Assembly (NCBI GenBank): GCA_041559015.1
Contig: JBFFED010000001.1
Span: forward strand, 79,241 to 143,240
Origin: Thermoplasmata archaeon
GTDB lineage: Archaea > Thermoplasmatota > Thermoplasmata > UBA10834
DNA: 64,000 bases
Direction of reading: 5' to 3'
Shown piece by piece: positions 9,470-18,973 of the stretch. A model generated the notes under the pieces. It saw only the letters and a program-made list of their open reading frames with translations, searched no databases and was not told the DNA's origin. The stretch's first letter is position 1. Every line of letters starts with the position of its first letter. The position numbers and the translations under genes were made by a program.

Positions 9470-9661
9470 TCAGGCTTCGTAGTGCGTCCTGTACCTCGTC
9501 ACATACCCCGCGATCTTGTTCCGCATGGATATGGAACGCACATCTGTGAGCTTTGAGACCATCAGCTTGTTGTGTTGGTAGTCACCCGTGAACTGTTCCG
9601 GATAGCGGTGGACCAGTTCGATGGCTACCCTCTTGATGTAGGTCGGTCTGATGTTTCCCAT
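9470..9661 (-). CDS. rps17e: 30S ribosomal protein S17e
   Basis: [22 protein letters not shown]. Confidence 0.96.
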   Translation of the reverse strand: MGNIRPTYIKRVAIELVHRYPEQFTGDYQHNKLMVSKLTDVRSISMRNKIAGYVTRYRTHYEA

Positions 9662-9768
9662 AGGCTCACCGATTGGCCTGCGTAGGAGGAGGGCTTATAT
9701 ATGGTTTTCGGACTGGGAGGGCGCTCCTGTCGATACGGGCTCCAATTCCATGGCGGTCCGACAGGAGC

Positions 9769-10482
9769 CTATTCTGGCCTCATGCTCTCGACAACCAGCT
9801 CCTCATCCGTTGGCATCTGACCCTTCTTGAACGGCCTCCCGCAGGTGTACTCCCCTTCCGGGCAGGAACCTCTGAAGCATCCTGGGCCGGCGTTCTCGAA
9901 CAGTATCGGCGCGGCCTTCTTCGCCTCGGCGAGCATCCTCCAAGCCATCATCCGTATCTCCCATTGCGCTCTCCTGCAGCACCTGAGGCTGAAGAAATGC
10001 CAGAGCTCCCTGGCGTTCATGGTGATCGTGATGTTCGTATGGCACGCGTTCGGGAGCAGGTACCTCGCGTCCTCCTTGTCCACCTTGGAGGCGAGCTCAC
10101 GGTACGCCTTCCAGGCGTCGTCCATCGCCCTCTTGTAGAGCTTCTTCGCGTCCGGGTCGGCCTGTATCGAGGGCGGGAGCACGTATTCCGCCCTGTCCAT
10201 GGCGACATATCTCTGGCTCTGCTGGGAGTAAGAGGCTATCCTGTGCCTCACGAGCTGGTGTGTCAGCGTCCTCGAGACGCCCTCGACGCTGAAGGTGAAG
10301 TGTGCGTGCTCCACGACGGACAGGTGCCCCATGCCGACCACCTTCTTAATCATCTTCTTAGCCTTCTCGTCAGTGGTCTTCTCGAACAGCTCTGAGGCGC
10401 CCTTCTCGGAATAGCAGGATTGAGCGGCCGCTGCGCATATCTGGTCCGGGTTCTTCGTGTGGTTCAGAAGCACTACCTTCAA
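9769..10482 (-). CDS. thyX: FAD-dependent thymidylate synthase
   Basis: GHLSVVEH, RHRIASYSQQSQRY, EDARYLLP, LRC..AQWEIR. Confidence 0.96.
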   Translation of the reverse strand: MKVVLLNHTKNPDQICAAAAQSCYSEKGASELFEKTTDEKAKKMIKKVVGMGHLSVVEHAHFTFSVEGVSRTLTHQLVRHRIASYSQQSQRYVAMDRAEYVLPPSIQADPDAKKLYKRAMDDAWKAYRELASKVDKEDARYLLPNACHTNITITMNARELWHFFSLRCCRRAQWEIRMMAWRMLAEAKKAAPILFENAGPGCFRGSCPEGEYTCGRPFKKGQMPTDEELVVESMRPE

Positions 10483-10562
10483 GCGACCACCTGCTGAGCC
10501 CAGCCGGATACGCGTTCCATTCCTATAGCCTTTTCAGAAGCCCGCAGAGACATTCTCATCAA

Positions 10563-11279
10563 TCACTCCTGCTTCATCCAGAAACTGGTCGTGAATTCCC
10601 GACCGGATGCTGACGCCACTGGCTGGGTCCTGAGGTCCTTCAACCTCACAGTCTCGATCTCTGACCCTGCGAGGCCAGATGCTATACCTGACACATGTCC
10701 GTCCCCGACCACTGCCAAGACGGTGCTGTGCTGCGTGGCGATTTCCGAGAGCCGGCTGGCCATGAACCTGTTCCTGTCGTCGATCAAGACCGCCTTGATT
10801 GACGGGAACCCCGCTCCCACGAGCTCGAGGTATTGGTCCGAGCTCTCCTCGTACTTTCCGAGCTCCTTCTCGACCCGCTCCTTGGAAGCGAACAGGCCCA
10901 CGAACGCCCCTCCCATGAGGTGTATCTTCTCCCTGAACGACATGCGCTTCCAGAGCCTCGCGAAGACGGTGGCGGCGTCCATGTCTATGAGCGCGACCTT
11001 GGCACCGACCTCGCGGGCGGCCTCCACGGCCGCGATCATCTCGTCCCCGACCTCCGTGCCGAACTTCGAGGCCATCCTCTTCTGGAAGTACCCGAGGAGC
11101 CGGTATTGCAGGGGCAAGGCCCGTGACTCTCCCCGTTGCACGAGCGCCCTGTACCGTCCAGAGTCCAGCTCCAGGCAGACGACCTCGGGCCTCCTCGAGC
11201 GAATCAGGTCCTTGACGCCCTCGGATATCGCGAACACGTGCCCAACGCCGACGATGGTTATCATTTGGAGGTGCCCCAT
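10563..11279 (-). CDS. TraB/PrgY family protein
   Basis: GVGHV, VVCLELD..R, G.EM, LIDDRNRFMA, AVVGDGHV. Confidence 0.85.
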   Translation of the reverse strand: MGHLQMITIVGVGHVFAISEGVKDLIRSRRPEVVCLELDSGRYRALVQRGESRALPLQYRLLGYFQKRMASKFGTEVGDEMIAAVEAAREVGAKVALIDMDAATVFARLWKRMSFREKIHLMGGAFVGLFASKERVEKELGKYEESSDQYLELVGAGFPSIKAVLIDDRNRFMASRLSEIATQHSTVLAVVGDGHVSGIASGLAGSEIETVRLKDLRTQPVASASGREFTTSFWMKQE

Positions 11280-11320
11280 CGTCCCATCCTTTTAATAATG
11301 CTTTCCGCCATCAGCGGGCA

Positions 11321-11956
11321 GTGGCCAGGCTCGTGGTCTTCGACATGGACGGCGTTCTAGCCGATACCATCAGCTCATGGGTGTTCGTACACCAGCATTT
11401 CGGTGTCAACAACGATGAATCCCTGTGCGTCTACCTGAGAGGTGATATCGATGACCTCGAGTTCATCAGGAGGGACATCGGCCTCTGGAAAGCGAAGGAG
11501 CCGGGAGTGACCTCCGAACGGATAAGGGATATCCTTGGGGAGGTGCCCTTGATGCCAGGGGCCTCGGAGACGATGGCTGCGCTCAGGGCGCTCGGCGTGA
11601 AGACCGCAATCGTCTCGGCGGGGATAGACCTCCTGTCCGAGCGCATCGCCGAGGAGCTGAGGATGGACCATCAGATAGCGAACGGCCTCGAGACCGACGC
11701 CTCTGGCCGACTATCTGGCAGAGGCATACTCCGCGTGAAGCTCACTGACAAGGGCGACGCCGTCCTTGCTGCGGCGAATATGTTTTGCGTGCGCAAAGCG
11801 GATGTCACCGCTGTTGGGAACTCGAAGTATGACATCTCGATGTTCCGCAAGGCAGGCAAGGGGATTGCCTTCTCCCCCGCAGACGACTCAGTGCGCGAGA
11901 GTGCTGACGCGGTCATCGATGGCAAGGACCTGACCAAGATACTGGACCTCATATGA
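11321..11956 (+). CDS. HAD-IB phosphatase (phosphoserine-phosphatase-like)
   Basis: VFDMDGVL, IVSAG, AVGNSKYD motifs. Confidence 0.85.
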   Translation: MARLVVFDMDGVLADTISSWVFVHQHFGVNNDESLCVYLRGDIDDLEFIRRDIGLWKAKEPGVTSERIRDILGEVPLMPGASETMAALRALGVKTAIVSAGIDLLSERIAEELRMDHQIANGLETDASGRLSGRGILRVKLTDKGDAVLAAANMFCVRKADVTAVGNSKYDISMFRKAGKGIAFSPADDSVRESADAVIDGKDLTKILDLI

Positions 11957-11964
11957 CGGCTGCA

Positions 11965-12618
11965 TCAGTGGTAGCCGTGCTCCCCGATCAGGGGGACGAA
12001 CACACAACCTCCAAGGCTCTCCTTCTTCAGCTCCGCGCCCCTCTTCTCTATCCTGATCAGGTCCTGGTAGAACCTGCCACCGACAGGCACCAGCAGCCTA
12101 CCGCCCTCCGCGATCTGCTCCGTCAGCGGAGGCGGTATGTCCGGGGCACCCGCGGCGACGAATATCCTATCATATGGTGCATGTTCAGGCAGGCCTTTCG
12201 TCCCGTCGCCGAAAATGACCGTGACCACGGAGGCGTACCCTGTCTTCTTGAGGTTGGCCTCCGCGAAGGATGAAAGCGACGAGATTCGCTCGACAGTGTA
12301 GATGTGCCCTTCCTGACCGACGATCTCGGCGCAGACCGCCGCATGGTACCCCGAGCCCGCACCTATCTCCAGCACCTTCATGCCTGGCCTGAGATCCAGG
12401 TGCTCCACCATGATCGCGACCATGTGTGGCGCGGATATCGTCTGCCTGTCGCCTATGGGCAGCGGAGTGTCCACATACGCGTCGTCCCTGATGCTCTCAG
12501 GTAGGAACTCCTCCCTCGGGACCCTCAGCATCGCGGCCTCGACGCTGGTGGTCGAGACGTAGCCGCGCCTCTTCAGGCTCTCCACGAGCCGCGTCCTCTG
12601 CTCCTCGAACGACTCCAT
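11965..12618 (-). CDS. pcm: Protein-L-isoaspartate O-methyltransferase
   Basis: VPREEF, QTISAPHMV, VLEIGAGSGY, APYDRI, FVPLIG; start moved to MESFEEQ. Confidence 0.95.
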   Translation of the reverse strand: MESFEEQRTRLVESLKRRGYVSTTSVEAAMLRVPREEFLPESIRDDAYVDTPLPIGDRQTISAPHMVAIMVEHLDLRPGMKVLEIGAGSGYHAAVCAEIVGQEGHIYTVERISSLSSFAEANLKKTGYASVVTVIFGDGTKGLPEHAPYDRIFVAAGAPDIPPPLTEQIAEGGRLLVPVGGRFYQDLIRIEKRGAELKKESLGGCVFVPLIGEHGYH

Positions 12619-12670
12619 CCGGATGGTAATCGCCGGAGAGGGTAAAATCTTGATGCCGAGGGCCATGCGT

Positions 12671-13276
12671 TCAGTGAGAAGTACTCTTCCTGACGATGTT
12701 CGCATACACACGCACTATGTCGCGAGCGCACGCGCCCCCGATCCTCAGGGACCTCTCCTTGATTTTTATGGAATGGATTACGACCTCGTGCTTGCCAACC
12801 TTCATCATGTCGCCTATGAAGAACTCCTCGTCTGGGAGGGCCATGACGTGATCGGAGTACGACCTGCCGTGATGGTTTATCGAGAACGGCACCCTGACCT
12901 TGTCGAACTTCTTACCCCAGATGGTCTGGATATCGCCCGCCCTCGCACACTTGACCCTCGCGCCCTTGGACTCAATCGATGTGATGAGCACAGGGTCCTC
13001 ACCGCACATGACCTCGTCCTCAACGCTGAGCACCTCGTCGGGGTCGAGGGCGATCGTCGACTTGGCCGATTCGCGGAGCCAGCTGACGACCACCGGTATG
13101 TCCACAGGCTTCTGGACCGCCAGGACGGCATGATGCACATGACCGCACTGCTTGCACTTGACCGTCGTCTCGAACACCGTCTGGGCCTTGCCACCCACCT
13201 TGCCGGTGAGCACCTCATGGAGAGCCTCGTGCTTGCAGATTGGGCATTCGACCGATACAGAAGAGGGGAGGGTCAT
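12671..13276 (-). CDS. Archaeal Zn-ribbon protein (HVO_0476-like)
   Basis: CPIC..HEVL..CKQCGHVH followed by two related beta-rich halves. Confidence 0.75.
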   Translation of the reverse strand: MTLPSSVSVECPICKHEALHEVLTGKVGGKAQTVFETTVKCKQCGHVHHAVLAVQKPVDIPVVVSWLRESAKSTIALDPDEVLSVEDEVMCGEDPVLITSIESKGARVKCARAGDIQTIWGKKFDKVRVPFSINHHGRSYSDHVMALPDEEFFIGDMMKVGKHEVVIHSIKIKERSLRIGGACARDIVRVYANIVRKSTSH

Positions 13277-13303
13277 GATGCGAAGTGATTGCCCTGGTTG
13301 GTC

Positions 13304-13894
13304 TTACCTCTTTCTGTCCACCGATATCGGCACATCATGGCCTGGGATTATGACATCTGCCCATGATCGTATGAGTTCCATGGACCTTAGGGCAAGCTCA
13401 GGGCTGAAGTTCAGGAACGGTGGCACCCAATTGTCGTAGTTGGCCCTCGTCGGGATGGCATCCCCGCAGATGGCGAACCGCTCACCGGCTGACACGAACA
13501 CCGATATTGACCCCTCGGAGTGCCCCGGGGTCGGCACCAGCTCTATCCCCGGCAGTAGCTCCTGCCTTCCGCTCACCCTCATGCTCCCTGCAGGGGGCGA
13601 CTCCGATCTGTGGGCCACGACCCGGGCCGCGACGAATAGATCGTTGCATCCGCAATGGTCGATGTGCATGTGCGTGTTGATCACGAACCGGACTGACTCT
13701 AGCTCGACCTTCATCCGCGCCAGGACCTTGACGAGCCTGTCCTCATCCTTCGGGGAGCCTGTGTCGACCATTATCCGCTTCTCGCCCACTTCGATCAGAG
13801 TGACGCTCGATGACGCGTCGATGACCTTGTCTCCGCTCCGCGTGATGTAACCGCTCCATATCGGGCGGACGAACGGAGCCTTCGCGGCGATCAT
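13304..13894 (-). CDS. MBL-fold metallo-hydrolase
   Basis: THMHIDHCG, TPGHSEG, GDA, IPGHD; start at MIAAKAP overlapping the rhomboid stop. Confidence 0.9.
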   Translation of the reverse strand: MIAAKAPFVRPIWSGYITRSGDKVIDASSSVTLIEVGEKRIMVDTGSPKDEDRLVKVLARMKVELESVRFVINTHMHIDHCGCNDLFVAARVVAHRSESPPAGSMRVSGRQELLPGIELVPTPGHSEGSISVFVSAGERFAICGDAIPTRANYDNWVPPFLNFSPELALRSMELIRSWADVIIPGHDVPISVDRKR

Positions 13895-14790
13895 ATCAGG
13901 TGGCCTTTCTCGCACATGACCGCCTCCTTGGTCACTCTCAGAGAGGAACCGCAGTGCGGGCACTTCGCCTTCGACACGAACTGCTCGATCCACGCGCTCT
14001 TCACATCTGGCACGTCCTCGTCCTCTATCCGCCTCAAGATCGCCTTGAGCTCTGGCGTCTTGGCCAGCTTCCTCAGGGACGAAAGGGATATCATCCTCTT
14101 GACACGCCTGTGCATGGGCGTCTTGACAAGCACCGGGGCAATAATCATGCCCGCCAACATGCCCCCAAGATGTGCCTCGTAGGCGATGTCGAAGGAACCC
14201 ATCGAGTATAGGACTTGCACGGCCAGGAATCCCAGGCCGGCCAGCCACAGAGGGAAGGTGAAGGACGGGACGAACAGAAGGGACATCCTCTCGTGAGGAT
14301 AGAGCCTCACGAAGGCCCCTATCACGCCACTTATCGACCCTGAGGCCCCGACGGCGAAGACGGCTTCCTCCCAGCGGAACAGCGCGAAGACCATCGTGCC
14401 GAACACGCCGCTGACGAGGTATATGACGACGTACCGTCTGGTCCCTATCCGTTCCTCGAAAGGCATCCCTATCAGGATGAGCACGAGCATGTTGAAGAGT
14501 ATGTGAGTGATGCCCCTGACATCGTGTGTGTACATCGATGTCAACACGGTCACGAACCCCGTTGCGCTCGTAAGGTCTCTGGGCTGGAAGGCGAGCTGAT
14601 ACATGATAGTGCTTGGGCTTTCGGGGCCTGGGATGTACATGACCAGCATCGTGAACACGCACGCCAGGCAGGCGAGGATGGAGAACATGCTCTGCCTCCA
14701 CCACGCGTAGGCGGCTGTGGCGACAGCCACGGCGATCACGATCAGAGCTGCTATCTCCAAACCAGTCCCCTCTCCATCTATTGGCCTCAA
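13891..14790 (-). CDS. Rhomboid intramembrane serine protease with C-terminal Zn-ribbon
   Basis: HILFNM, GASG catalytic Ser, AHLGG catalytic His; C-terminal CPHC..CEKGH. Confidence 0.92.
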   Translation of the reverse strand: MRPIDGEGTGLEIAALIVIAVAVATAAYAWWRQSMFSILACLACVFTMLVMYIPGPESPSTIMYQLAFQPRDLTSATGFVTVLTSMYTHDVRGITHILFNMLVLILIGMPFEERIGTRRYVVIYLVSGVFGTMVFALFRWEEAVFAVGASGSISGVIGAFVRLYPHERMSLLFVPSFTFPLWLAGLGFLAVQVLYSMGSFDIAYEAHLGGMLAGMIIAPVLVKTPMHRRVKRMISLSSLRKLAKTPELKAILRRIEDEDVPDVKSAWIEQFVSKAKCPHCGSSLRVTKEAVMCEKGHLI

Positions 14791-14876
14791 GCACCGGACT
14801 GTACGCGCCTGACTTGCCAGGTGATGGCCTTGGCCTAGTAAAACCTTAAGGATTAGGCTAGACCTATGCCCGAGCA

Positions 14877-15470
14877 GTGAAGGTCGACGGCAGCATAGAC
14901 ATAGAGGTGGACGACGAAGTCTACAACCCCAGCGACGACTCCTATCTGCTCCTCAGATGCGTCGAGGTGTCGCCTGGCCAGTCCTTTCTGGAAATGGGTG
15001 CCGGGACCGGGTTGGTCGCGCTCCACGCAGCAAAGCTCGGGGCCAAGGTGACCGCGGCTGACGTGAACCCGAAGGCTGTTGAGTGCACGCGCAGGAACGC
15101 CGCCAGGAACGGCATAAGGCTTGAGGTGGTGCGCAGTGACCTCTTCGAGAAGGTAACCGGCATATTCGACGTGATAGCATTCAATCCCCCATACCTCCCC
15201 GGGACTGCCAGTTCGACCAGCTGGGTCGAGAAGGCGTGGGCCGGAGGGGAGGAAGGGAGTGAGATGGCCCTGGAGTTCCTGGCGAACGCCTGGAGGCACC
15301 TTGCCCCGGGAGGGAGGATATTCATGGTCCTCTCCTCCGTCGGAGGACTCATGAGCCTCCTGAAAGGCGCCAGAGAGAGATACGAGTCAGAGATGCTAGA
15401 GGAGAAGCACATGTTCTTCGAGTCGATCTACGCTTACAGATTCAAAGTGCGTGATTTCGCGAAAAGATAA
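14877..15470 (+). CDS. HemK2/PrmC-type protein-glutamine methyltransferase
   Basis: VYNPSDDSYLL, EMGAGTG, FNPPY. Confidence 0.9.
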   Translation: MKVDGSIDIEVDDEVYNPSDDSYLLLRCVEVSPGQSFLEMGAGTGLVALHAAKLGAKVTAADVNPKAVECTRRNAARNGIRLEVVRSDLFEKVTGIFDVIAFNPPYLPGTASSTSWVEKAWAGGEEGSEMALEFLANAWRHLAPGGRIFMVLSSVGGLMSLLKGARERYESEMLEEKHMFFESIYAYRFKVRDFAKR

Positions 15471-15535
15471 CCCAGCGATAAGTTTTATCTAGTGTCCTCC
15501 GCGATAGAAGCATTGAGCGATTACGGAGTGGGCGA

Positions 15536-15724
15536 GTGACTGCCGAGAAACTGCGCAAGTACAACAACCTGGATGACCTGGACGAGCTCTGTAGGAGCTT
15601 CATAATAAACAGCGAAGCGGATACTGGCGCGGCAATTGAATACTGCAAGAGCTTTCTCATGCTCCTGGAAGAGAAGAAGCCTAACTCAGGAGGCGTCTTA
15701 TCCTCTCGCCCAAGATCTCACTGA
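15536..15724 (+). CDS. Possible small hypothetical protein (62 aa)
   Basis: Upstream TTTTATCT and GGAG; helical charged sequence; 44-nt convergent overlap with gatE. Confidence 0.4.
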   Translation: MTAEKLRKYNNLDDLDELCRSFIINSEADTGAAIEYCKSFLMLLEEKKPNSGGVLSSRPRSH

Positions 15725-17561
15725 TTATCTTGCCGTCCACCTTGCCCCTGAGCTCCTTCATCACAAGGCCCATCAAAGGTCCGATACTGGCCTCCCCACG
15801 CTCCCTGACCAGGTTCTCCTTCTCCCTGACTATCCTGTCGCAGAGCTCCCTCACGGAATCCATGTCTATGGACTCGACCCCCGCGACCTCTGCGGCCCGT
15901 GCGACATCGTGCCCGTGCCGCAGCACCGAGGCCAGCACCTTCGGTATGGCCTCTTTCGCGAACGCACCGGCCTTGAGACGGGTCATGACATCCTTCATCG
16001 TCTCAAGCGCGAGCCCTGAGGGGTCCAGGCCGAGCTTCTCGAGCTCAGGGTAGGTATTGAGATATATCCTGGCGACCACCTGTGGGCTGCCGAAGCTGCC
16101 GGCGAGGAGTTCGAACTCGTCCTCGTAGCCGCCTTTGATGAGAGCCTCCGCCTGGTCCCTGCTGATTCCGAAGTCCTTCACGAACCTGGATACCATCTCC
16201 TCCGGCAGTTCGGGGAGGTTGAGCCTGATGCTCTCGATGAGCTTCTCATCCACGAGAATGGGCCGGACGTCGGTCTCAGGGTACATCCTCTCCTTGCCGG
16301 GCAATGGCCGGCTGTATACGGTCTGGCCGTCCGGAAGCGGATCCCTGGTCTCCTCTGGGACCCCTTCGATAGCGACATCGAGGCGGTCCGTAGCCCTCAG
16401 GATTGCGGCGCGGGCCTTCTCCTCCTCGTCCGCGATGAGGAAGAAGGCGTCTTCCGGCTCGAGCAGCAGTACCGCCCTGACCGCCTCAACTTCCGCGACA
16501 GTGACACCGTAGCCCGGGAGCTCGTCTGAATGGAACAGCCCTTTGACGCCCGCCACGCGCGCATGCGAGGCCATCTCTGGGCCGAGCCTCTTAACCCCGG
16601 CCTCCGTTGGGCCAAGGACGCCGGCGAACCTGGGCAGCCTCGCCGCCAGGACGACGCCCCCCGCGTCAAGAGCACCCTTGATGACCTTGCACCTGGTGCT
16701 TCTGAATATTCCTGAGATGTCCTTGGTATCGTGAGAGATCTTCTCCGCGCCCCTGTCCCTCAAGGTCTTCATCACTTCGAGCAGCGCGAGCTGGCGCTTG
16801 ACCTCCTCGACTACATATACGTGAAGGAGCCGCAGGTCCTGGGCGCCCTTGATCTCCACTCTGGCCCCGCCCGCCACTGAGATGTTTATGTCCTCTCGAA
16901 TCGTGCCTATCCCACGTCTGACCTTCTTTGTGGCCCTTAGCAGCGACCCCAGGCGCTCCGCGACCAGCCTGACCTCCTCGGGGGAGGTTATCTCCGGCTC
17001 GGTCGCTATCTCCACCAGCGGTATGCCGAGCCTGTCGAGTCGGTAGACCACCTCGCTCCCATGCTCGGTTATCTTGCGGGCGGCGTCCTCCTCGAGACAT
17101 ATCGTGGTGACGCCTATCGTCCGTCCATTGACCTCGACCTTTCCCCCCATAGATATGAGAGCTGTCCTCTGGAACCCGCTCGTGTTCGAGCCGTCTATCA
17201 CTATCTTTCGCATGAAGTGTATCTCGTCGACGGGGGTCATCCCCAGCAACATCGACATCTCCAGGGCAGCCTCGATGGCTCGCCTGTTCGCATCGTGAGG
17301 CGGTTCTTCGTCTGCCTCGACCAGGCATGAGTCCGACACCGTCTGGTAGCGGAAGTGCATCTTCCTCTCCGATTCCTCCAGGGCCGCCCTGTCAATCTCG
17401 CCCATCTCGCTCTGGGTCGGCCTGAGCCGTCTGGTGAACTCCTTGTGGTGTTCGTCGGAGAGAGTGCACGCGCAGTCGCAGAAGAGCTTGCCCGTGTTGA
17501 GCTGCTGGTGGATCTCTATGCCCACTCTGAGCCCGAGTGACTTGTAGTCCAACTCAGACAT
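15681..17561 (-). CDS. gatE: Glu-tRNA(Gln) amidotransferase subunit E
   Basis: GIEIHQQL, RLRPTQSEMGEID, DGSNTSGFQRT, RMYPETD. Confidence 0.97.
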   Translation of the reverse strand: MSELDYKSLGLRVGIEIHQQLNTGKLFCDCACTLSDEHHKEFTRRLRPTQSEMGEIDRAALEESERKMHFRYQTVSDSCLVEADEEPPHDANRRAIEAALEMSMLLGMTPVDEIHFMRKIVIDGSNTSGFQRTALISMGGKVEVNGRTIGVTTICLEEDAARKITEHGSEVVYRLDRLGIPLVEIATEPEITSPEEVRLVAERLGSLLRATKKVRRGIGTIREDINISVAGGARVEIKGAQDLRLLHVYVVEEVKRQLALLEVMKTLRDRGAEKISHDTKDISGIFRSTRCKVIKGALDAGGVVLAARLPRFAGVLGPTEAGVKRLGPEMASHARVAGVKGLFHSDELPGYGVTVAEVEAVRAVLLLEPEDAFFLIADEEEKARAAILRATDRLDVAIEGVPEETRDPLPDGQTVYSRPLPGKERMYPETDVRPILVDEKLIESIRLNLPELPEEMVSRFVKDFGISRDQAEALIKGGYEDEFELLAGSFGSPQVVARIYLNTYPELEKLGLDPSGLALETMKDVMTRLKAGAFAKEAIPKVLASVLRHGHDVARAAEVAGVESIDMDSVRELCDRIVREKENLVRERGEASIGPLMGLVMKELRGKVDGKIISEILGERIRRLLS

Positions 17562-18843
17562 GCCTCCTGTTGTTGAATTCTCCCGCCACGTTGGTCAGCA
17601 TGATCTTGCGTACTTCCTCCGGGGAATCCGCCTGACCCATGGCCCACATGAGCTTGACATAGGCAGTCTCTGGGAGCATGTCCCCGAGGGGCACCGCGCC
17701 CGCGGCCAACATGTCCCTTCCGGTCGAGTAGACGTTGAGATTGACCGCGCCGTGGAGGCACTGGGTAGTCACATAGATGTGGACGCCGTTGTCGACGGCC
17801 CTCTTGACGGAGCCAACGATGTCCTCGGATACATGGCCCAGGCCTGTCCCGCCTATGACCATGCCCCTGACGTTGTTGGCGATGAGGTCGAAGTGCTCGG
17901 CATCGAACCCCGGGTAGAAGTGTAGCATGCTTGCCCGGCCATCGATCTTGTCCTTGAGCTGGACTGGGCCCGGGGACCGCTTGACGTATTGAGACAGGAC
18001 TCTCGTCTTCGCACCCTCCATCCTGAGGAGGGGGTCCGCGTTCACGCTCTTGAACGCATCCCGTCTAGATGAGTGCATCTTCCTCACTTTCGTGCCCCTG
18101 TGCACGAGGGTGTGCGTGTCGGCGGTCTCCCCGTGCATCAGTACCACCACCTCGCCCAGGTCGCTCTCTATGCACAGCCTGGTCGCCGAGAGAAGGTTCA
18201 TGATGGCATCCGAGGAGGGTCTGTCAGAGGACCGCTGCGCCCCCACGCAGACTACGGGGCCCGTCAGGTTCCTGAGCATGAATGCTAAGGCCGCCGATGT
18301 GAACCCCATCGTGTCAGTGCCATGAGGTATGATGACGCCGACCGCTCCTGAGTTCAACTCATCAGCGACTGCCTTGGCCAGGCCCTGCCAGTGCGAGACC
18401 TTCATGTTCTCGCTGAGAATCGAATAGAGGACCTTCGCCCGGACGTTCGCGAGGTCGAGCAGCTCCGGCACGGAGAAGACCAGTTCCTCGGCCGATATTG
18501 CCGGATGTACCGCGCCTGTCCTGTAATCCACGTAGGAAGCTATGGTGCCCCCGGTGCTTATGACGGCGACATCCTTCTTGGCGGGGTCGTGCGGGAGGAT
18601 CTGCTTCGTCTGCGTCTTGGCCTCTCTCTTTGAGACGACCCTGACCTCCGTGCCCTCGTCAACGGATATGCCCACGTTGTAGCCGGTGGACAGCTTGAGC
18701 GTGATAATGGATGGCGAGCTGAAGTCGTGGTGCGGCATGAGGACTCCGGAACGTACCTGACTCCCGCGCCTCACCTCGACCATATCGCCGATCTCGGCTC
18801 CGGCGCTGGACAGCAGCTCGCCCACATGGCCAGCGTACTTCAT
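17554..18843 (-). CDS. gatD: Glu-tRNA(Gln) amidotransferase subunit D
   Basis: TGGTIASYVDYRTGAV, HGTDT, GAQRSSDRPSSD, RKMHSSRRDAF; start moved to MKYAGH. Confidence 0.97.
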   Translation of the reverse strand: MKYAGHVGELLSSAGAEIGDMVEVRRGSQVRSGVLMPHHDFSSPSIITLKLSTGYNVGISVDEGTEVRVVSKREAKTQTKQILPHDPAKKDVAVISTGGTIASYVDYRTGAVHPAISAEELVFSVPELLDLANVRAKVLYSILSENMKVSHWQGLAKAVADELNSGAVGVIIPHGTDTMGFTSAALAFMLRNLTGPVVCVGAQRSSDRPSSDAIMNLLSATRLCIESDLGEVVVLMHGETADTHTLVHRGTKVRKMHSSRRDAFKSVNADPLLRMEGAKTRVLSQYVKRSPGPVQLKDKIDGRASMLHFYPGFDAEHFDLIANNVRGMVIGGTGLGHVSEDIVGSVKRAVDNGVHIYVTTQCLHGAVNLNVYSTGRDMLAAGAVPLGDMLPETAYVKLMWAMGQADSPEEVRKIMLTNVAGEFNNRRHV

Positions 18844-18973
18844 CGGGGTAGGGATAGGAGTCCTTGTCTTATATGACTTATCAGGCCCGGCGGGAACGCC
18901 CGGGGACGGCCAGTCGGGCCCCCTTGACAACCTTCTTATTTCATGAGCCTCATGCACCGGCGGGTCGCATAAG

